From IMG/VR virus record IMGVR_UViG_3300046499_000512: a DNA stretch of 64,000 nucleotides. One strand, written 5' to 3'. The DNA is from an uncultured virus (IMG/VR IMGVR_UViG_3300046499_000512). Taxonomy: Duplodnaviria > Heunggongvirae > Uroviricota > Caudoviricetes. The translations under genes were made by a program, and so were the position numbers. Below are positions 9,814 to 19,238 of the stretch, piece by piece; position 1 is the first letter of the stretch, and each line of letters starts with the position of its first letter. The notes beneath the pieces are model-generated. The model searched no databases, was not told the origin of the DNA, and was given only the letters and a program-made list of their open reading frames with translations.

Positions 9814-10052
9814 CACCCACGGTTGGCCGGTTAGTCCACTATGTGTCTTACGGCACTCCGGGGGGTGAGTACACCTCTCAGTGTCGGGCGGCGCTCATCA
9901 CGGGCGTGCATGCGGGTACGGAGGGGCGGGGTGTCTCGCTGGCCGTGTTCAACCCGGAGGGCCTGTTCTTCAATCAGAAGTGCTCGCACTACGAGCCGGA
10001 CGGTGCCGGAATGCCTCCGGGGGGTTCGTGGCATTGGCCCGAGAGGGTGTAG
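9810..10052 (+). CDS. Conserved small phage protein
   Basis: PTVGRLVHY..CRAALIT..V.L.VFNP.G..WHWP.R; ATGA coupling. Confidence 0.7.
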   Translation: MTPTVGRLVHYVSYGTPGGEYTSQCRAALITGVHAGTEGRGVSLAVFNPEGLFFNQKCSHYEPDGAGMPPGGSWHWPERV

Positions 10053-10072
10053 TCAGCCTGATTTGTCTGCCC

Positions 10073-10111
10073 TTGCACACTTCCCTCCGAGTGTGCTAGG
10101 GTAGATACATC
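10073..10111 (+). promoter_or_regulatory. Complete motif promoter: -35 TTGCAC, 18-bp spacer, TGn-TAGGGT
   Basis: TTGCAC 10073-10078, TAGGGT 10097-10102, then AGATACATC; GGAGG RBS before 10134. Confidence 0.8.
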
Positions 10112-10133
10112 GACCACCACCCAGGAGGCTCCA

Positions 10134-11177
10134 GTGAGTCAGCAGACTCTTTCTTCCCTCGTAGGCGGCGCCCTCGGAGACGCCCTCGGCTACAGCCGCG
10201 AGTTCTTCAGCCCCGAGGACATCCTCAGCTACCTCCCCCACGGCGACTGGCGCAAGGCCACCTTCGACAACGCGCCCCACGCCGTCCGTTTCCGGGACCG
10301 GGACGGCAAGGCGCTCATCTCCGACGACACCCAGATGACCATCGCGACCGGCCGGGCCCTCCTGGCTACGGAAGAGATCGGAAGAACGTCCTTCGAAAGC
10401 GAGTTCGCCCAGAACCTGTCCGAGGCGTACGTCTACTGGTCGCGACACCCCGACAACACCCGTGCCCCGGGCGGCGCGTGCATGGCCGCCTGCGGCAAAC
10501 TGGCAAAGGGACAGTCCTGGCAGCAGGCGACGGACATCAACACCATGGGATGCGGCGCCAACATGCGCGTCGCGCCGATCGCCCTGTACAAAAACCCGTA
10601 CACCCCGCCGCCGGTCGACCTGACCTACCTGTCGGCCGCGCAGACCCACGCGCACCCGGCGGCCCTCGCGGCGGCAGGCCTGACGACGGCCGCAATCTCA
10701 GGCGCCTACGACGGCATGACCCCCCAGGAAATCCTGAACATGCTGCTTCTGATGTGCCAGCCCGGCTACGCCACGTACCCCCTGATGACGCTGGGCAGCC
10801 TGTGGGCGCAGTCCGAATACGACTCGGCCCGTGGCTACATGCAGGCGGGCTACAACCTGTGCGGCTTCTACCTGCGCAAGGCGGACGCCGCGCTCAGGAA
10901 GGGATGGAAGGGCCAGACGGACCCGTGCACGATCACGGGTGACGGCTGGATTGCCCCTCAGGCCCTCGCGGGCGCCGTGCTGTGCGCGGTCGGTCTCTGG
11001 GACAAGCCCGTGCAGGTGCTCCAGCGCGCGGCCGTCTCGAACGGCGACAGCGACTCCCTCGCGGCCATCGCGGGCAACATCCGTGGCGCGGCCGGAGTCG
11101 AGTGGCCGGAGTACCTGGTGAGCCAGTTGGAGGCGGCTCCCCTGCTGGAGCTGCACAAGCTCGCCAAGGCCCTGTAA
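10134..11177 (+). CDS. ADP-ribosylglycohydrolase (DraG/ARH family)
   Basis: GDALG, SDDTQMT, GCGANMRVAPI, THAHP, GDSDSLAAIAG. Confidence 0.92.
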   Translation: MSQQTLSSLVGGALGDALGYSREFFSPEDILSYLPHGDWRKATFDNAPHAVRFRDRDGKALISDDTQMTIATGRALLATEEIGRTSFESEFAQNLSEAYVYWSRHPDNTRAPGGACMAACGKLAKGQSWQQATDINTMGCGANMRVAPIALYKNPYTPPPVDLTYLSAAQTHAHPAALAAAGLTTAAISGAYDGMTPQEILNMLLLMCQPGYATYPLMTLGSLWAQSEYDSARGYMQAGYNLCGFYLRKADAALRKGWKGQTDPCTITGDGWIAPQALAGAVLCAVGLWDKPVQVLQRAAVSNGDSDSLAAIAGNIRGAAGVEWPEYLVSQLEAAPLLELHKLAKAL

Positions 11178-11241
11178 GACAACCCCTCGGGGGCTGTACG
11201 GGATAATCCGTACAGCCCCCTTTTGCTGACTGGAGAAACCC

Positions 11242-11895
11242 ATGGAAACACCCCTGGACCGTGGACCTGAATACCGGGCATCCCGGCAAGAACTCCGGGA
11301 CCGCGTCAACCTGAACCACGCCTACGAGGAAGCCAAGCTGGCCGTCTGTGAACGCCGTCACGTGGGCGCGGTCGTCGCTATCGGCCCTTCGCTGGTGATC
11401 GTCGGCACCGGCTACAACGGGACCCCTTCCGGAAAGCCGCACTGCTCCTTCGAGGAAAAGGGCTGCGAACGCGGCCTGCGGTCCAAGGAGGACGTTCCGC
11501 CCGGTGGGGACTACAACGCCCCCGGATGGAAGTGTTCGGCTCTCCACGCGGAGCACAACGCCATCCTCACGGCCATTGAGGCGGTGGGGCGGGCTGCTCT
11601 GATGGGCGGCACGATCTATTGCACGGATGAGCCGTGCTCGCAGTGCGCGACGCTTATCGAATCCGTCGGCATTACCCGGATCATCACGCGGGAAAGGCTT
11701 ATGCGGGAATTCGGGGACCGTCGGGATCCGAAGTCCGTTCAGCACAACCTGGATCTCTATCCGGTAGAGGATGAGCCTGTGTGCGAGCGGAAGGGATGCG
11801 GGCATTTCATGTCCCGGCACTGGGACCCGGCGTTCTTGACGCACACGTCCTGCACCACCGGGTGCGGCTGCTGGAAACCGCTCCGGGCCGCGTAG
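11242..11895 (+). CDS. dCMP deaminase-like protein with extra C-terminal Cys/His domain
   Basis: C.RRHVGA, TGYNG.P, HAEHNAI, PCSQC; tail CGH...H...C..GCGC. Confidence 0.85.
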   Translation: METPLDRGPEYRASRQELRDRVNLNHAYEEAKLAVCERRHVGAVVAIGPSLVIVGTGYNGTPSGKPHCSFEEKGCERGLRSKEDVPPGGDYNAPGWKCSALHAEHNAILTAIEAVGRAALMGGTIYCTDEPCSQCATLIESVGITRIITRERLMREFGDRRDPKSVQHNLDLYPVEDEPVCERKGCGHFMSRHWDPAFLTHTSCTTGCGCWKPLRAA

Positions 11896-12065
11896 CACTT
11901 ACTCACCAGTAACGCCGATAGCCGTCCAGAGGGTTGGGCGGCTATCGGCGTTTTTGCCGGAATTGACAGTTCATCAAGACACGCCTCTCACCAGGCATTT
12001 CACGGTGTTTCAGATCACAGAGTGCTAGACTAGCACCCTCTTGATCACTGGAAAGGACCGGCGAA

Positions 12066-13292
12066 ATGACGACAGATCAGCCCCCGCCTCGGGGTGAAAT
12101 CCCCGCACTGGGGAGGCTCGAAAAGGGCATCCTCGGAACCGTGGTCCTCGGTGCATTGGGCGGTGCCGGGCTGGGTCTTTACTCCTCATTCGACTCCGTT
12201 TCCGCCGCTGCGACGCGCTGGGGATTCGACCCGTCGTGGATTCTCCCGATCGCTCTGGACGTCTCCATCCCGGTCTTTTCTCTGGCGAACCTGCTGCTGA
12301 CCCGCTTCGACATGGCGCTCGCCTGGGTCCGCCTCGTGCCCTGGGGTCTGACCGCCGTCACGGTCTACATGAACGTCGAAGCAGCGGGGTCCAGCTTCGC
12401 GGCCCAGATCGGTCACGGCGCCCTCCCGATGCTCTGGGTGGTGCTCTCCGAGATCGTCGCCCACGTGTACCGGACGAAGATCGGAGCGGTCACCGGTCGC
12501 CGGATGGAGGGGGTCCGCCGGTCCCGCTGGCTCCTGGCACCGACCTCGACCGCCGCCCTGTGGCGCCGGATGAAGCTGTGGGAGATCGTCTCCTACCGGA
12601 CCGCGCTGCGACTGGAACGGAACAGGATCCTGGCGAGGGTCGACCTCCGGGAAGAGTTCGGCTGGGGGTGGCGGTGGAACGGGAAGGCCCGGCGGGAGCG
12701 GGCTCTCCTCCGGCTCGGCGAACTGGAACCGCAGCTCGTTCCGGAACGCGTTCCGGTTCCGGTCGTCGCCGCTGCGGAACTGGAACCGGCTCAGGAGGCA
12801 GCCATAGCTGAACCGAGTTCGGAACTGGAACTGGAACAGCCCCGGGTCCCGCTCACCCGGGTTCCTGAACTGGAACCGGAACAGCCTGCGGAACTGGAAC
12901 AGACCCCCGTTCCGGAACTGGAACCGGGCCCGGAACTGGAACTGGAACAGGCTTCGGAACCGGAACTGGAACCGGAACCGGCGGAACGGAACAGCACGCC
13001 GGTGAACCTGAACAGCCGGGCCGCGAAGAGGAACGCGCAGGTCAGAGAGGTTCTGGAACTTCTGGAACAGTTCGGAACTGACGTCGTGGACCACAAGTAC
13101 GTCACGGACAACACGAGGATCCCCCGGACCACGGCCTACCACCGGCTGAACGAGGCACTGGAACTCTGGAACGAGCGGCAGGCGGCAGTTCGGAACAGCT
13201 CCCGGTTCCGGAACGAGGACCCGGTTCCGAACTTGGCGGGCCCGTTCGATCTGGAACTGGAACCCGGTTCGGAACAGCGGACTGGAACCTGA
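12066..13292 (+). CDS. DUF2637-type membrane protein with ELEP-repeat linker and C-terminal HTH
   Basis: About four N-terminal TM segments, RWLLAP..T..LWRRMKLWE..SY, repeat linker, HTH-like tail IPRTTAYHRL. Confidence 0.75.
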   Translation: MTTDQPPPRGEIPALGRLEKGILGTVVLGALGGAGLGLYSSFDSVSAAATRWGFDPSWILPIALDVSIPVFSLANLLLTRFDMALAWVRLVPWGLTAVTVYMNVEAAGSSFAAQIGHGALPMLWVVLSEIVAHVYRTKIGAVTGRRMEGVRRSRWLLAPTSTAALWRRMKLWEIVSYRTALRLERNRILARVDLREEFGWGWRWNGKARRERALLRLGELEPQLVPERVPVPVVAAAELEPAQEAAIAEPSSELELEQPRVPLTRVPELEPEQPAELEQTPVPELEPGPELELEQASEPELEPEPAERNSTPVNLNSRAAKRNAQVREVLELLEQFGTDVVDHKYVTDNTRIPRTTAYHRLNEALELWNERQAAVRNSSRFRNEDPVPNLAGPFDLELEPGSEQRTGT

Positions 13293-13430
13293 ACGGTCCG
13301 GGCGGCGTTCCGGAACAGTTCCGAACCGGTGGAACTGGAACCGGCCCGGGGCCCGGCAGACGGAACTGGAACAGGCGGACTGGAACTGGAACCGGGACCG
13401 GAACAGAAGTTCCGAACCGCAGTTCCGAAC
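12720..13430. repeat. Dense GGAAC(T/C)/GTTCC repeat array extending ~140 bp past the stop codon
   Basis: Many GAACTGGAAC units and GTTCCGGAAC palindromes inside and 3' of the 12066 CDS, ending at the hairpin at 13436-13470. Confidence 0.85.
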
Positions 13431-13477
13431 ACGACGAAGGCCCACCCCGAAGATAGCGGGGTGGGCCTTCGTGCATC

Positions 13478-13981
13478 CTACCGGCCGAGGCGCTGGTACA
13501 GGGATCCGGGCGTCACGTATCCGGCCCAGCGGTTGTCGGAGAACAGCTTGACCCCGGCGAGCCGGTACGCGTTGTCCACGAGCTGCGAGCAGATCTGGTG
13601 GTCGGTCGACTCCACGAAGGCCCGGAGTCCCGGGTACGGAAGGTGGAGCCGGTGAGCGGCGATGGCCGCGTAGTCCACGAACGAGTATTCGACTCCCTCG
13701 AAGGACCGGGCCGCGTCGCAGATCCGCTTGCGGTCGTCGTCGGTGAGTCCGGGGACGGTGACGTAGAGGACGTCGGTGTCGTCGTATTCGGACAGCGGGA
13801 CGATCTGGGCCCCGCCGGGCATGGCCTCGATGAGCATTTCGTCTTCGAGGACGATGAATGCGTGCTCGAAGGTGGAGAATCCGTCTCCGTTGAGCAACTG
13901 CCCTAATCGGATAAGGACGCCTACCCAGCCGTCTATGGTCGTTAAACCAATGTCTCCCGGCTTGGGAGTGGTGCTGATCAA
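13478..13981 (-). CDS. Permuted papain-like NlpC/P60 (YiiX-like) protein
   Basis: PGDIG, EHAFI..IEA.PGG, ICSQLV..AY..G, VTPG.L; GGAGG plus TTG start at 13981. Confidence 0.7.
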   Translation of the reverse strand: MISTTPKPGDIGLTTIDGWVGVLIRLGQLLNGDGFSTFEHAFIVLEDEMLIEAMPGGAQIVPLSEYDDTDVLYVTVPGLTDDDRKRICDAARSFEGVEYSFVDYAAIAAHRLHLPYPGLRAFVESTDHQICSQLVDNAYRLAGVKLFSDNRWAGYVTPGSLYQRLGR

Positions 13982-14359
13982 TGCGACCTCCCGGGCGCGT
14001 AGAAAGATCTTTTGCTCAGAGGCCGTCAACTCGTTCAGAAAGCCACCTGGAGTAACGCGGGGGCGGGCCGGTGTAATTCCACGCCCGTGTTCTGTAGGAC
14101 CCGTGAGATGCCGTCCAGGTGGTCTCTGGGGCCGCTCACGGTCACGGTGTGGTCCGGGCCGGGGGAAATCACGACGTCCGGGCGGATCTTTGAAAAGGCA
14201 GGGTGCATGATGACTCCGGTGACGTGCCGCATTGCTTGTTCCATCGTCACGGGGGCTCCTTTTGGGCAAAGAAAAACCCACCTCCGGTAAGAGGTGGGTT
14301 GGGTGGGGTCAGTCTACAGGTTAGGGAAATAGCCCCGCTATCGGATCCTCAGCCGCTTT

Positions 14360-14752
14360 TCAGGGGCGGACGGGGACGGCGTCGTGGTCGTCTGCCGGAT
14401 GCGTTTCGTGGGCCCACCAGGAGCCTGTGGGGCACTCCACGTATCCGATCGCGCCCTTGCATTCGGCGCAGGTGTGAAGGTACGTGGCCCTGATCCGGTC
14501 GACGGACGCGTCAACGCCGTCATTCCATCCACCGTGATACCGGGCGCTCCTTCCATCCCCGCGCTGGAGAGGCGGGAGCTTTTCCGCCCAGACGGCTTTC
14601 ACCACCCGGTCTGCGCCGTTGCGCGCGGAATCCGCAATGATCTTGTCGAGCAGGGATTCCACGTACTCGGTGTCTCCGGAAATGTGGCCGATGTAGTGGA
14701 GAAGCCTCTCGGTCGGGCCGATCGGGGCGCCCATGCTTTCGGTGTCAATCAC
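14360..14752 (-). CDS. Hypothetical protein with C-terminal Cys motif
   Basis: CAEC..YVECPTGSWWAH; GAGGAG RBS; GTGA coupling. Confidence 0.6.
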   Translation of the reverse strand: MIDTESMGAPIGPTERLLHYIGHISGDTEYVESLLDKIIADSARNGADRVVKAVWAEKLPPLQRGDGRSARYHGGWNDGVDASVDRIRATYLHTCAECKGAIGYVECPTGSWWAHETHPADDHDAVPVRP

Positions 14753-15396
14753 GGGGTCTCCTCAATGGTGTTGCCGGGGCACTGGGCCTGACGGCGATTC
14801 TTCAGCCACTTGTGGGCGGGGTGGGTGTTCTTCCGGTAGCAGGGCTCGCTGGCGGAGGTATCGGCCGGGGCAGGCGGGTTGAACAGGTGACCCTTGGCCC
14901 AGTCGGCGTGGTCTCCGGAGATGCCGCCGCACTTGGTGCACCGGAGGGCCTGGGAGGCGACCCGGAAGCGCTCCATAACCTGCTCAGGGATCGGATTGCT
15001 CTCGCCCCCCGCCCGGACGTGAGGGGCCCCGAAGCTGGCTTCCTCCAGGAGACCTTCGAACTTACGGTCGGAGGCCCCCGGTCGGAAGACGTTCGCCCGG
15101 GGCGGGTTGAACGCCCGGTCGTAGCTGGTCAGGTTCGGCAGGCGGGCCGGGAAATACCGGTCGTCCTGGATGTAGGCGAGGACGTCCGCGATACCCGACA
15201 GGTACACGTGCTTGCCCTGCGCCTGCTCCTTGAGGCGCCGGAACGTCTGGCCGCTGGCCTGGATCTCGTCCAGCACCTCATCCCCTACCGCCTGGTAAAA
15301 GTTGAGGAGGGCGTCCTCCGCGAAGTGCTCGCGGAGGAACGCGTCGATCTCGGCAGGGGAGGCGTGGAAACGGCTGGGGGTGGTGTCGTCGGTCAT
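14749..15396 (-). CDS. Hypothetical protein
   Basis: GAGGA RBS plus ATG at 15396; operon context. Confidence 0.6.
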   Translation of the reverse strand: MTDDTTPSRFHASPAEIDAFLREHFAEDALLNFYQAVGDEVLDEIQASGQTFRRLKEQAQGKHVYLSGIADVLAYIQDDRYFPARLPNLTSYDRAFNPPRANVFRPGASDRKFEGLLEEASFGAPHVRAGGESNPIPEQVMERFRVASQALRCTKCGGISGDHADWAKGHLFNPPAPADTSASEPCYRKNTHPAHKWLKNRRQAQCPGNTIEETP

Positions 15397-15403
15397 GACG
15401 TCC

Positions 15404-15634
15404 TCAGAAGAGTGAGTAGCTGATGGGGTCGTGGGGTCCGCGTTCGATCCGGCGGATCGTCTTGTCATCGAGGAGGATCGTGATGGCGATGTTGACCATG
15501 GCCTCTCCGATCAGAGCCAGCTCGATCACCTTCCCGGCGACCCACTCGCCGTCGTCCTGCACCTGGATGATGTCGGTCAGATGCGTGTCTTCCGCGTTCT
15601 GGGTGTCCTGGAAAGGCATGTCCTTGAAGCCCAT
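15404..15634 (-). CDS. Hypothetical protein
   Basis: AAGGAG RBS; operon context. Confidence 0.6.
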   Translation of the reverse strand: MGFKDMPFQDTQNAEDTHLTDIIQVQDDGEWVAGKVIELALIGEAMVNIAITILLDDKTIRRIERGPHDPISYSLF

Positions 15635-15645
15635 GAGGGTGCTCC

Positions 15646-15885
15646 TTAGTCGGGGATCTCGATTCCGTGCTCGCGAAGCGTCTGCTCCAGGATGCTGATG
15701 CGGATCCGGGCGCGCTCGGCCCGGCGGGCTTCGTTGGTGACGGCGTACCCCTCCATGACCAGCGTGATGATTTCGCGCTGCTCCGGGTCCCAGGGGTCGT
15801 CCTCATCGGTGGGGATGTAGACCTCATCGGGGAGGTAGCCGTTCTCCTCACGGAACTGGAAGGCTCGCATCTCGCTTAGGTCCAT
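15646..15885 (-). CDS. Hypothetical acidic protein
   Basis: AAGGAG RBS; motif promoter at 15913. Confidence 0.65.
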   Translation of the reverse strand: MDLSEMRAFQFREENGYLPDEVYIPTDEDDPWDPEQREIITLVMEGYAVTNEARRAERARIRISILEQTLREHGIEIPD

Positions 15886-15977
15886 CTCGGTCTCCTTGCT
15901 GGTGTCCGTCGTGATGTATCTACCCTAGCACAGTTGGGGCCAAAGAAGAAACCCCCGGCCGCAGCCGAGGGCTTCTC

Positions 15978-16283
15978 TCACTTCGCCAGACCCGCGCGAT
16001 ACGGGTCCGGGTGCCACTCCCTGTCGTAGGTGATGTACCCGTGATCCTTGCTCACGATCACCGTGATCTCATCCACGACCAGCTTGAGACGGGAGTTACT
16101 GTCCCTCTCCGTCCGGTAAGTCACCGTGACGTCCAGGGTGCCTTCGTACGTGTTGTCCCGCAGGCGCCCCGCGAGCAGATCCGCGATGTCGTCGTCATCC
16201 GCGTTCGCCAGGGGCTTGTACTCCCCGGTGAGGCACTCGGTGCACCAGCAGTCCCAGGGGTCGATTGCAAGCAGTCGGGGCAT
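15978..16283 (-). CDS. Hypothetical protein (CxCxxC)
   Basis: GAGGAG RBS; start ATG at 16283. Confidence 0.6.
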   Translation of the reverse strand: MPRLLAIDPWDCWCTECLTGEYKPLANADDDDIADLLAGRLRDNTYEGTLDVTVTYRTERDSNSRLKLVVDEITVIVSKDHGYITYDREWHPDPYRAGLAK

Positions 16284-16284
16284 G

Positions 16285-16398
16285 TCACAGCTCCTCAGGG
16301 GTGATGCCGCACTCGGTGCAGCCGATGCCTTCTTCGCCGTCGTCCTCGTAGGGCTGCATGTCATGCACACCCAGGGCACAGAGGTCAGCCTGCTCCAT
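16285..16398 (-). CDS. 37-aa acidic Cys/His microprotein
   Basis: Hand translation MEQADLCALGVHDMQPYEDDGEEGIGCTECGITPEEL; AAGGAG RBS; motif at 16426. Confidence 0.55.
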   Translation of the reverse strand: MEQADLCALGVHDMQPYEDDGEEGIGCTECGITPEEL

Positions 16399-16510
16399 CA
16401 CGGTCTCCTTGTCGGTGTCCGGCTTGATATATCTACCCTAGCATGCACGGGGAAGCCCTGGCAATACGAAACCCCCGGCGAGTTCACCGGGGGTCCCAGG
16501 GTCGGGCAGA

Positions 16511-16921
16511 TCAGGCGTTGCGTCGCCGAGCCTGCTCCGCGAGCAGTTCCGCATGCAGTTCCACGGCCGGGGGGTTCGGGTCCTGCTGTATACGCCGCGC
16601 TACCCGGTCGATCGTCACCTGGAGGAAGTCGTCGGTCCAGTCCTCGTACAGCTCCTGCGGACTCAGCCGGTTGGCCAGCAGGCTGATTACCGCCCGGCCG
16701 ACCGCCCCGAGCTGGAGCGGCCCGGAGAAGTCCCCTCCGCGACGGCGGTACTCCTCGTTCGCGACTGTCATGAACGAGGTGCCCAGGCCACCGTCAGGCT
16801 TCGTCAGATCTATGTCGGCCAGCGGGTCGTTCCGCAGGGAGTGGGCCATCCCGATGACGATGGGGTCCTTGCGGAGAGTGGCCACGTTCTCGTCGTAGCT
16901 GCCGGGCTCGATGATGTTCAC
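16511..16921 (-). CDS. Hypothetical protein
   Basis: AGGAG RBS; motif at 16948. Confidence 0.65.
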   Translation of the reverse strand: MNIIEPGSYDENVATLRKDPIVIGMAHSLRNDPLADIDLTKPDGGLGTSFMTVANEEYRRRGGDFSGPLQLGAVGRAVISLLANRLSPQELYEDWTDDFLQVTIDRVARRIQQDPNPPAVELHAELLAEQARRRNA

Positions 16922-16979
16922 GGGTGCTCCTGATGACAGGGTCTGAAGTATCTACCCTAGCCTACTGGCGGCCCGGCTC

Positions 16980-17516
16980 TCAAGCGGCCTCGCGGGTCTC
17001 GCCGGTCCGGTTCTGCTGGTACTCCCGCCACCACTCCTGATACGCCTCACGGCAACCGCACGTCACTTCCTTGATCTTGTCACCGACCCGGATGTGCCGC
17101 CGGGCCGCCTGGATAGTCCCGCACTTCACAGGGGCGCTCCGGGCCAGCCGGGTAGCGGAGAGACGGCGGTACGCCCGGGACGACGTGCGGGCACCCTGGG
17201 GCCGGGGTGAGCGGTCCTGGAAAGCGCTGCACGCATCGCACAAGGGGATCTCGTTGTCCTCGTGCCAGTCGACGGCCTTGTTGTTGCCGTGCCGGACGAC
17301 GCAACCGGCCAGCACCTGCGGATACTTCCGGTACGCGATGAGGACCGCTTGTTCGTTGGTGAGCACGCTCATGGTCCGGCGGATGTCGATCAGGTCTTGC
17401 GCCACGGTACGGATGGACGCCCCTACCCGGGCCGCTATCTGCTCTGTGGTGAAGCCTTCCACGAAGAATCTGAGAACTTGCTCTTCCCGAGGGCTGAAGG
17501 GGGATGTGTTCGCCAT
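16980..17516 (-). CDS. LuxR-type HTH regulator with two Cys/His modules, leaderless
   Basis: FSPREEQVL..G.TTEQIA..G.SIRTV; HG..H..CDAC and CGT..H..CGCR.AY; ATG at the motif +1. Confidence 0.75.
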   Translation of the reverse strand: MANTSPFSPREEQVLRFFVEGFTTEQIAARVGASIRTVAQDLIDIRRTMSVLTNEQAVLIAYRKYPQVLAGCVVRHGNNKAVDWHEDNEIPLCDACSAFQDRSPRPQGARTSSRAYRRLSATRLARSAPVKCGTIQAARRHIRVGDKIKEVTCGCREAYQEWWREYQQNRTGETREAA

Positions 17517-17667
17517 GTATCTACCCTAACTCCTAGAGACCGCTGATCCTAGCAAAAGGGCAGGGCACATTGGAGTGCCCTGCCCTGTGATTTTTGCTGT
17601 TCAGACGCAGCGTGAGAGGACTCCGGCGGCGCTCTAGGGTCGCGGGTCTACTGCCTCACGGAAGGCG

Positions 17668-18132
17668 TCAGGGACGTGCGTAGCGCGACCAGTTGGCGGC
17701 GCCGTCGGTGTACCAATGAATCTGGTGGTAGCCCACCCGGCTGCCGGTGCGGGGGGCGTCCAGCATCCAGCCGTGCCCGTCCCAGAACCCTGCGTAGAAG
17801 CCTGTGTGGTAGACGCCGTACCGGTTCAGAATGAAGATGCTGTCGCCGACCTGCCGGTTTGCGGCGCTCACGTGGTGCATGTAGTTGTACTGCGCGGCAG
17901 CCGTGCGGGGAATCGTTTTTCCGACCTGGCGGTACGCGTACTGGGTGAGTCCGGAGCAGTCGAACTTGTGGGGACCCGTAGCGCCCCAGGCGTACGGGTC
18001 GCCTATATGGCTTTTGGCCACGTTCTCTGCTCTGACCTTCAACGCGGTCACGGCCTGCGCGTCCTGGGTTGTGGCGAGAAGGATCCCGCCTGCGAGGGCG
18101 GTGCACACGATGGTTCCTGCGAGCTTGTTCAC
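17668..18132 (-). CDS. Secreted NlpC/P60 cell-wall peptidase
   Basis: Signal peptide ending AQA; PYAWGATGP..FDCSGL..Y..G..IPRTA; HTG.Y..ML.AP. Confidence 0.88.
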   Translation of the reverse strand: MNKLAGTIVCTALAGGILLATTQDAQAVTALKVRAENVAKSHIGDPYAWGATGPHKFDCSGLTQYAYRQVGKTIPRTAAAQYNYMHHVSAANRQVGDSIFILNRYGVYHTGFYAGFWDGHGWMLDAPRTGSRVGYHQIHWYTDGAANWSRYARP

Positions 18133-18300
18133 GGCGATCTTCTTCCTGTTCCGGGCATGACTTGACCCCGGCATTACACCGGGGTCAGACATGCTTATAG
18201 GCGATTTTGATCGAATCTGTGAGCTATACCTCGTTTGTTCGATAGGCTCTTGCGCTTTCCCGGCGCACCTGCCTTACGGGGCGGGTTCTACCCTAGCACA

Positions 18301-18531
18301 TTACTCGTCTGTGTCCTGCCACGCCCCCGGAAGAAACCCGCCCCGGGACAGCCAGTCGTCCAACTGCAAAAGGTCTGTCGCAAGGCCTGCCTCGTTCGCC
18401 GTCACCTCCTCGGCCGTCTCCGGGTCGTCCAGGTCGGCCATCGTCTGGTGAGCCTGCTCCCGCAGCCGCCGCAGCAGAATGTTCGGGTCCAGAGAGGTCA
18501 CCTGATCGGTGTCGAGCTGGGTCAGGTCCAT
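18301..18531 (-). CDS. Hypothetical protein
   Basis: LDDWLSRGGFLPGAW; GAGGAG RBS; motif at 18555. Confidence 0.7.
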   Translation of the reverse strand: MDLTQLDTDQVTSLDPNILLRRLREQAHQTMADLDDPETAEEVTANEAGLATDLLQLDDWLSRGGFLPGAWQDTDE

Positions 18532-18645
18532 GGGGTGCTCCTCGTTGAATGGAATTATCTACCCTAATGAAAAGTGAATATTGAACGCAAGAGAGCCTGT
18601 CAGTCAACACTGACAGGCTCTCTACAACAGGACACGCCCTGCACG

Positions 18646-19161
18646 TCACGTCTTGACCGCGTCCAGCCACTGCCAGATGTTGGCCATGTCGTCCACCGTG
18701 ATCCCGTATCGGGGGTCCACGCGATACAGCAGAGCAGGCGCAGGGTACTCCAGGGAGACACGGACCGTGTCCGCACCCGAGATACCGTCGTCCACCCATA
18801 CGAACGGACGTCCGTCCGCGTTCAGCATCAGGTCATCCAGCTTCCAGTGCGACCCGTCGGGGTTGCGCAGGTAGGACCGGTTGCTCCAGGTGATGTGGTC
18901 CAGGGGGTCCAGGCCGATACGCGGCCCGATCTCCCAGTTCGCGGCACCCTCCCAGGCCGTCGCCCAGCGCATGTCGACCTTCAGCGCCTTCAGCCAGGGG
19001 CCGTGTTTCCGGTTCAGCCACATACGCGTCGGCTTCTGCCCCGTGATACCCAGCTCGGTGCGCCAGATGTTGTAAGCGTTGTAGCCCTTCGGCTTGGCGT
19101 AGGCGTGCGTGGGGGACAGGGGACCGTCTACGTCGAGCATGAGCAGGGGGGATGCAGTCAC
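18646..19161 (-). CDS. HAD-superfamily domain protein (HAD_SAK-like)
   Basis: LDVDGPL, WATAW, HWK, FVWVDD, VDP.YG.T; motif at 19194. Confidence 0.8.
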   Translation of the reverse strand: MTASPLLMLDVDGPLSPTHAYAKPKGYNAYNIWRTELGITGQKPTRMWLNRKHGPWLKALKVDMRWATAWEGAANWEIGPRIGLDPLDHITWSNRSYLRNPDGSHWKLDDLMLNADGRPFVWVDDGISGADTVRVSLEYPAPALLYRVDPRYGITVDDMANIWQWLDAVKT

Positions 19162-19238
19162 AGTGATCTCCTTGGGTAGGTGTTCCTCGTTGTGATGTAT
19201 CTACCCTAGCATATCTACTGCGCAGTAGCAAGAGAGGC

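Noticed and set aside
18133..18285. c-di-AMP (ydaO) riboswitch ahead of the NlpC/P60 gene
   Set aside because: The expected GCTGAATCC, GGGGTGAAT and CCCGTCAGCTAAC segments are not present.
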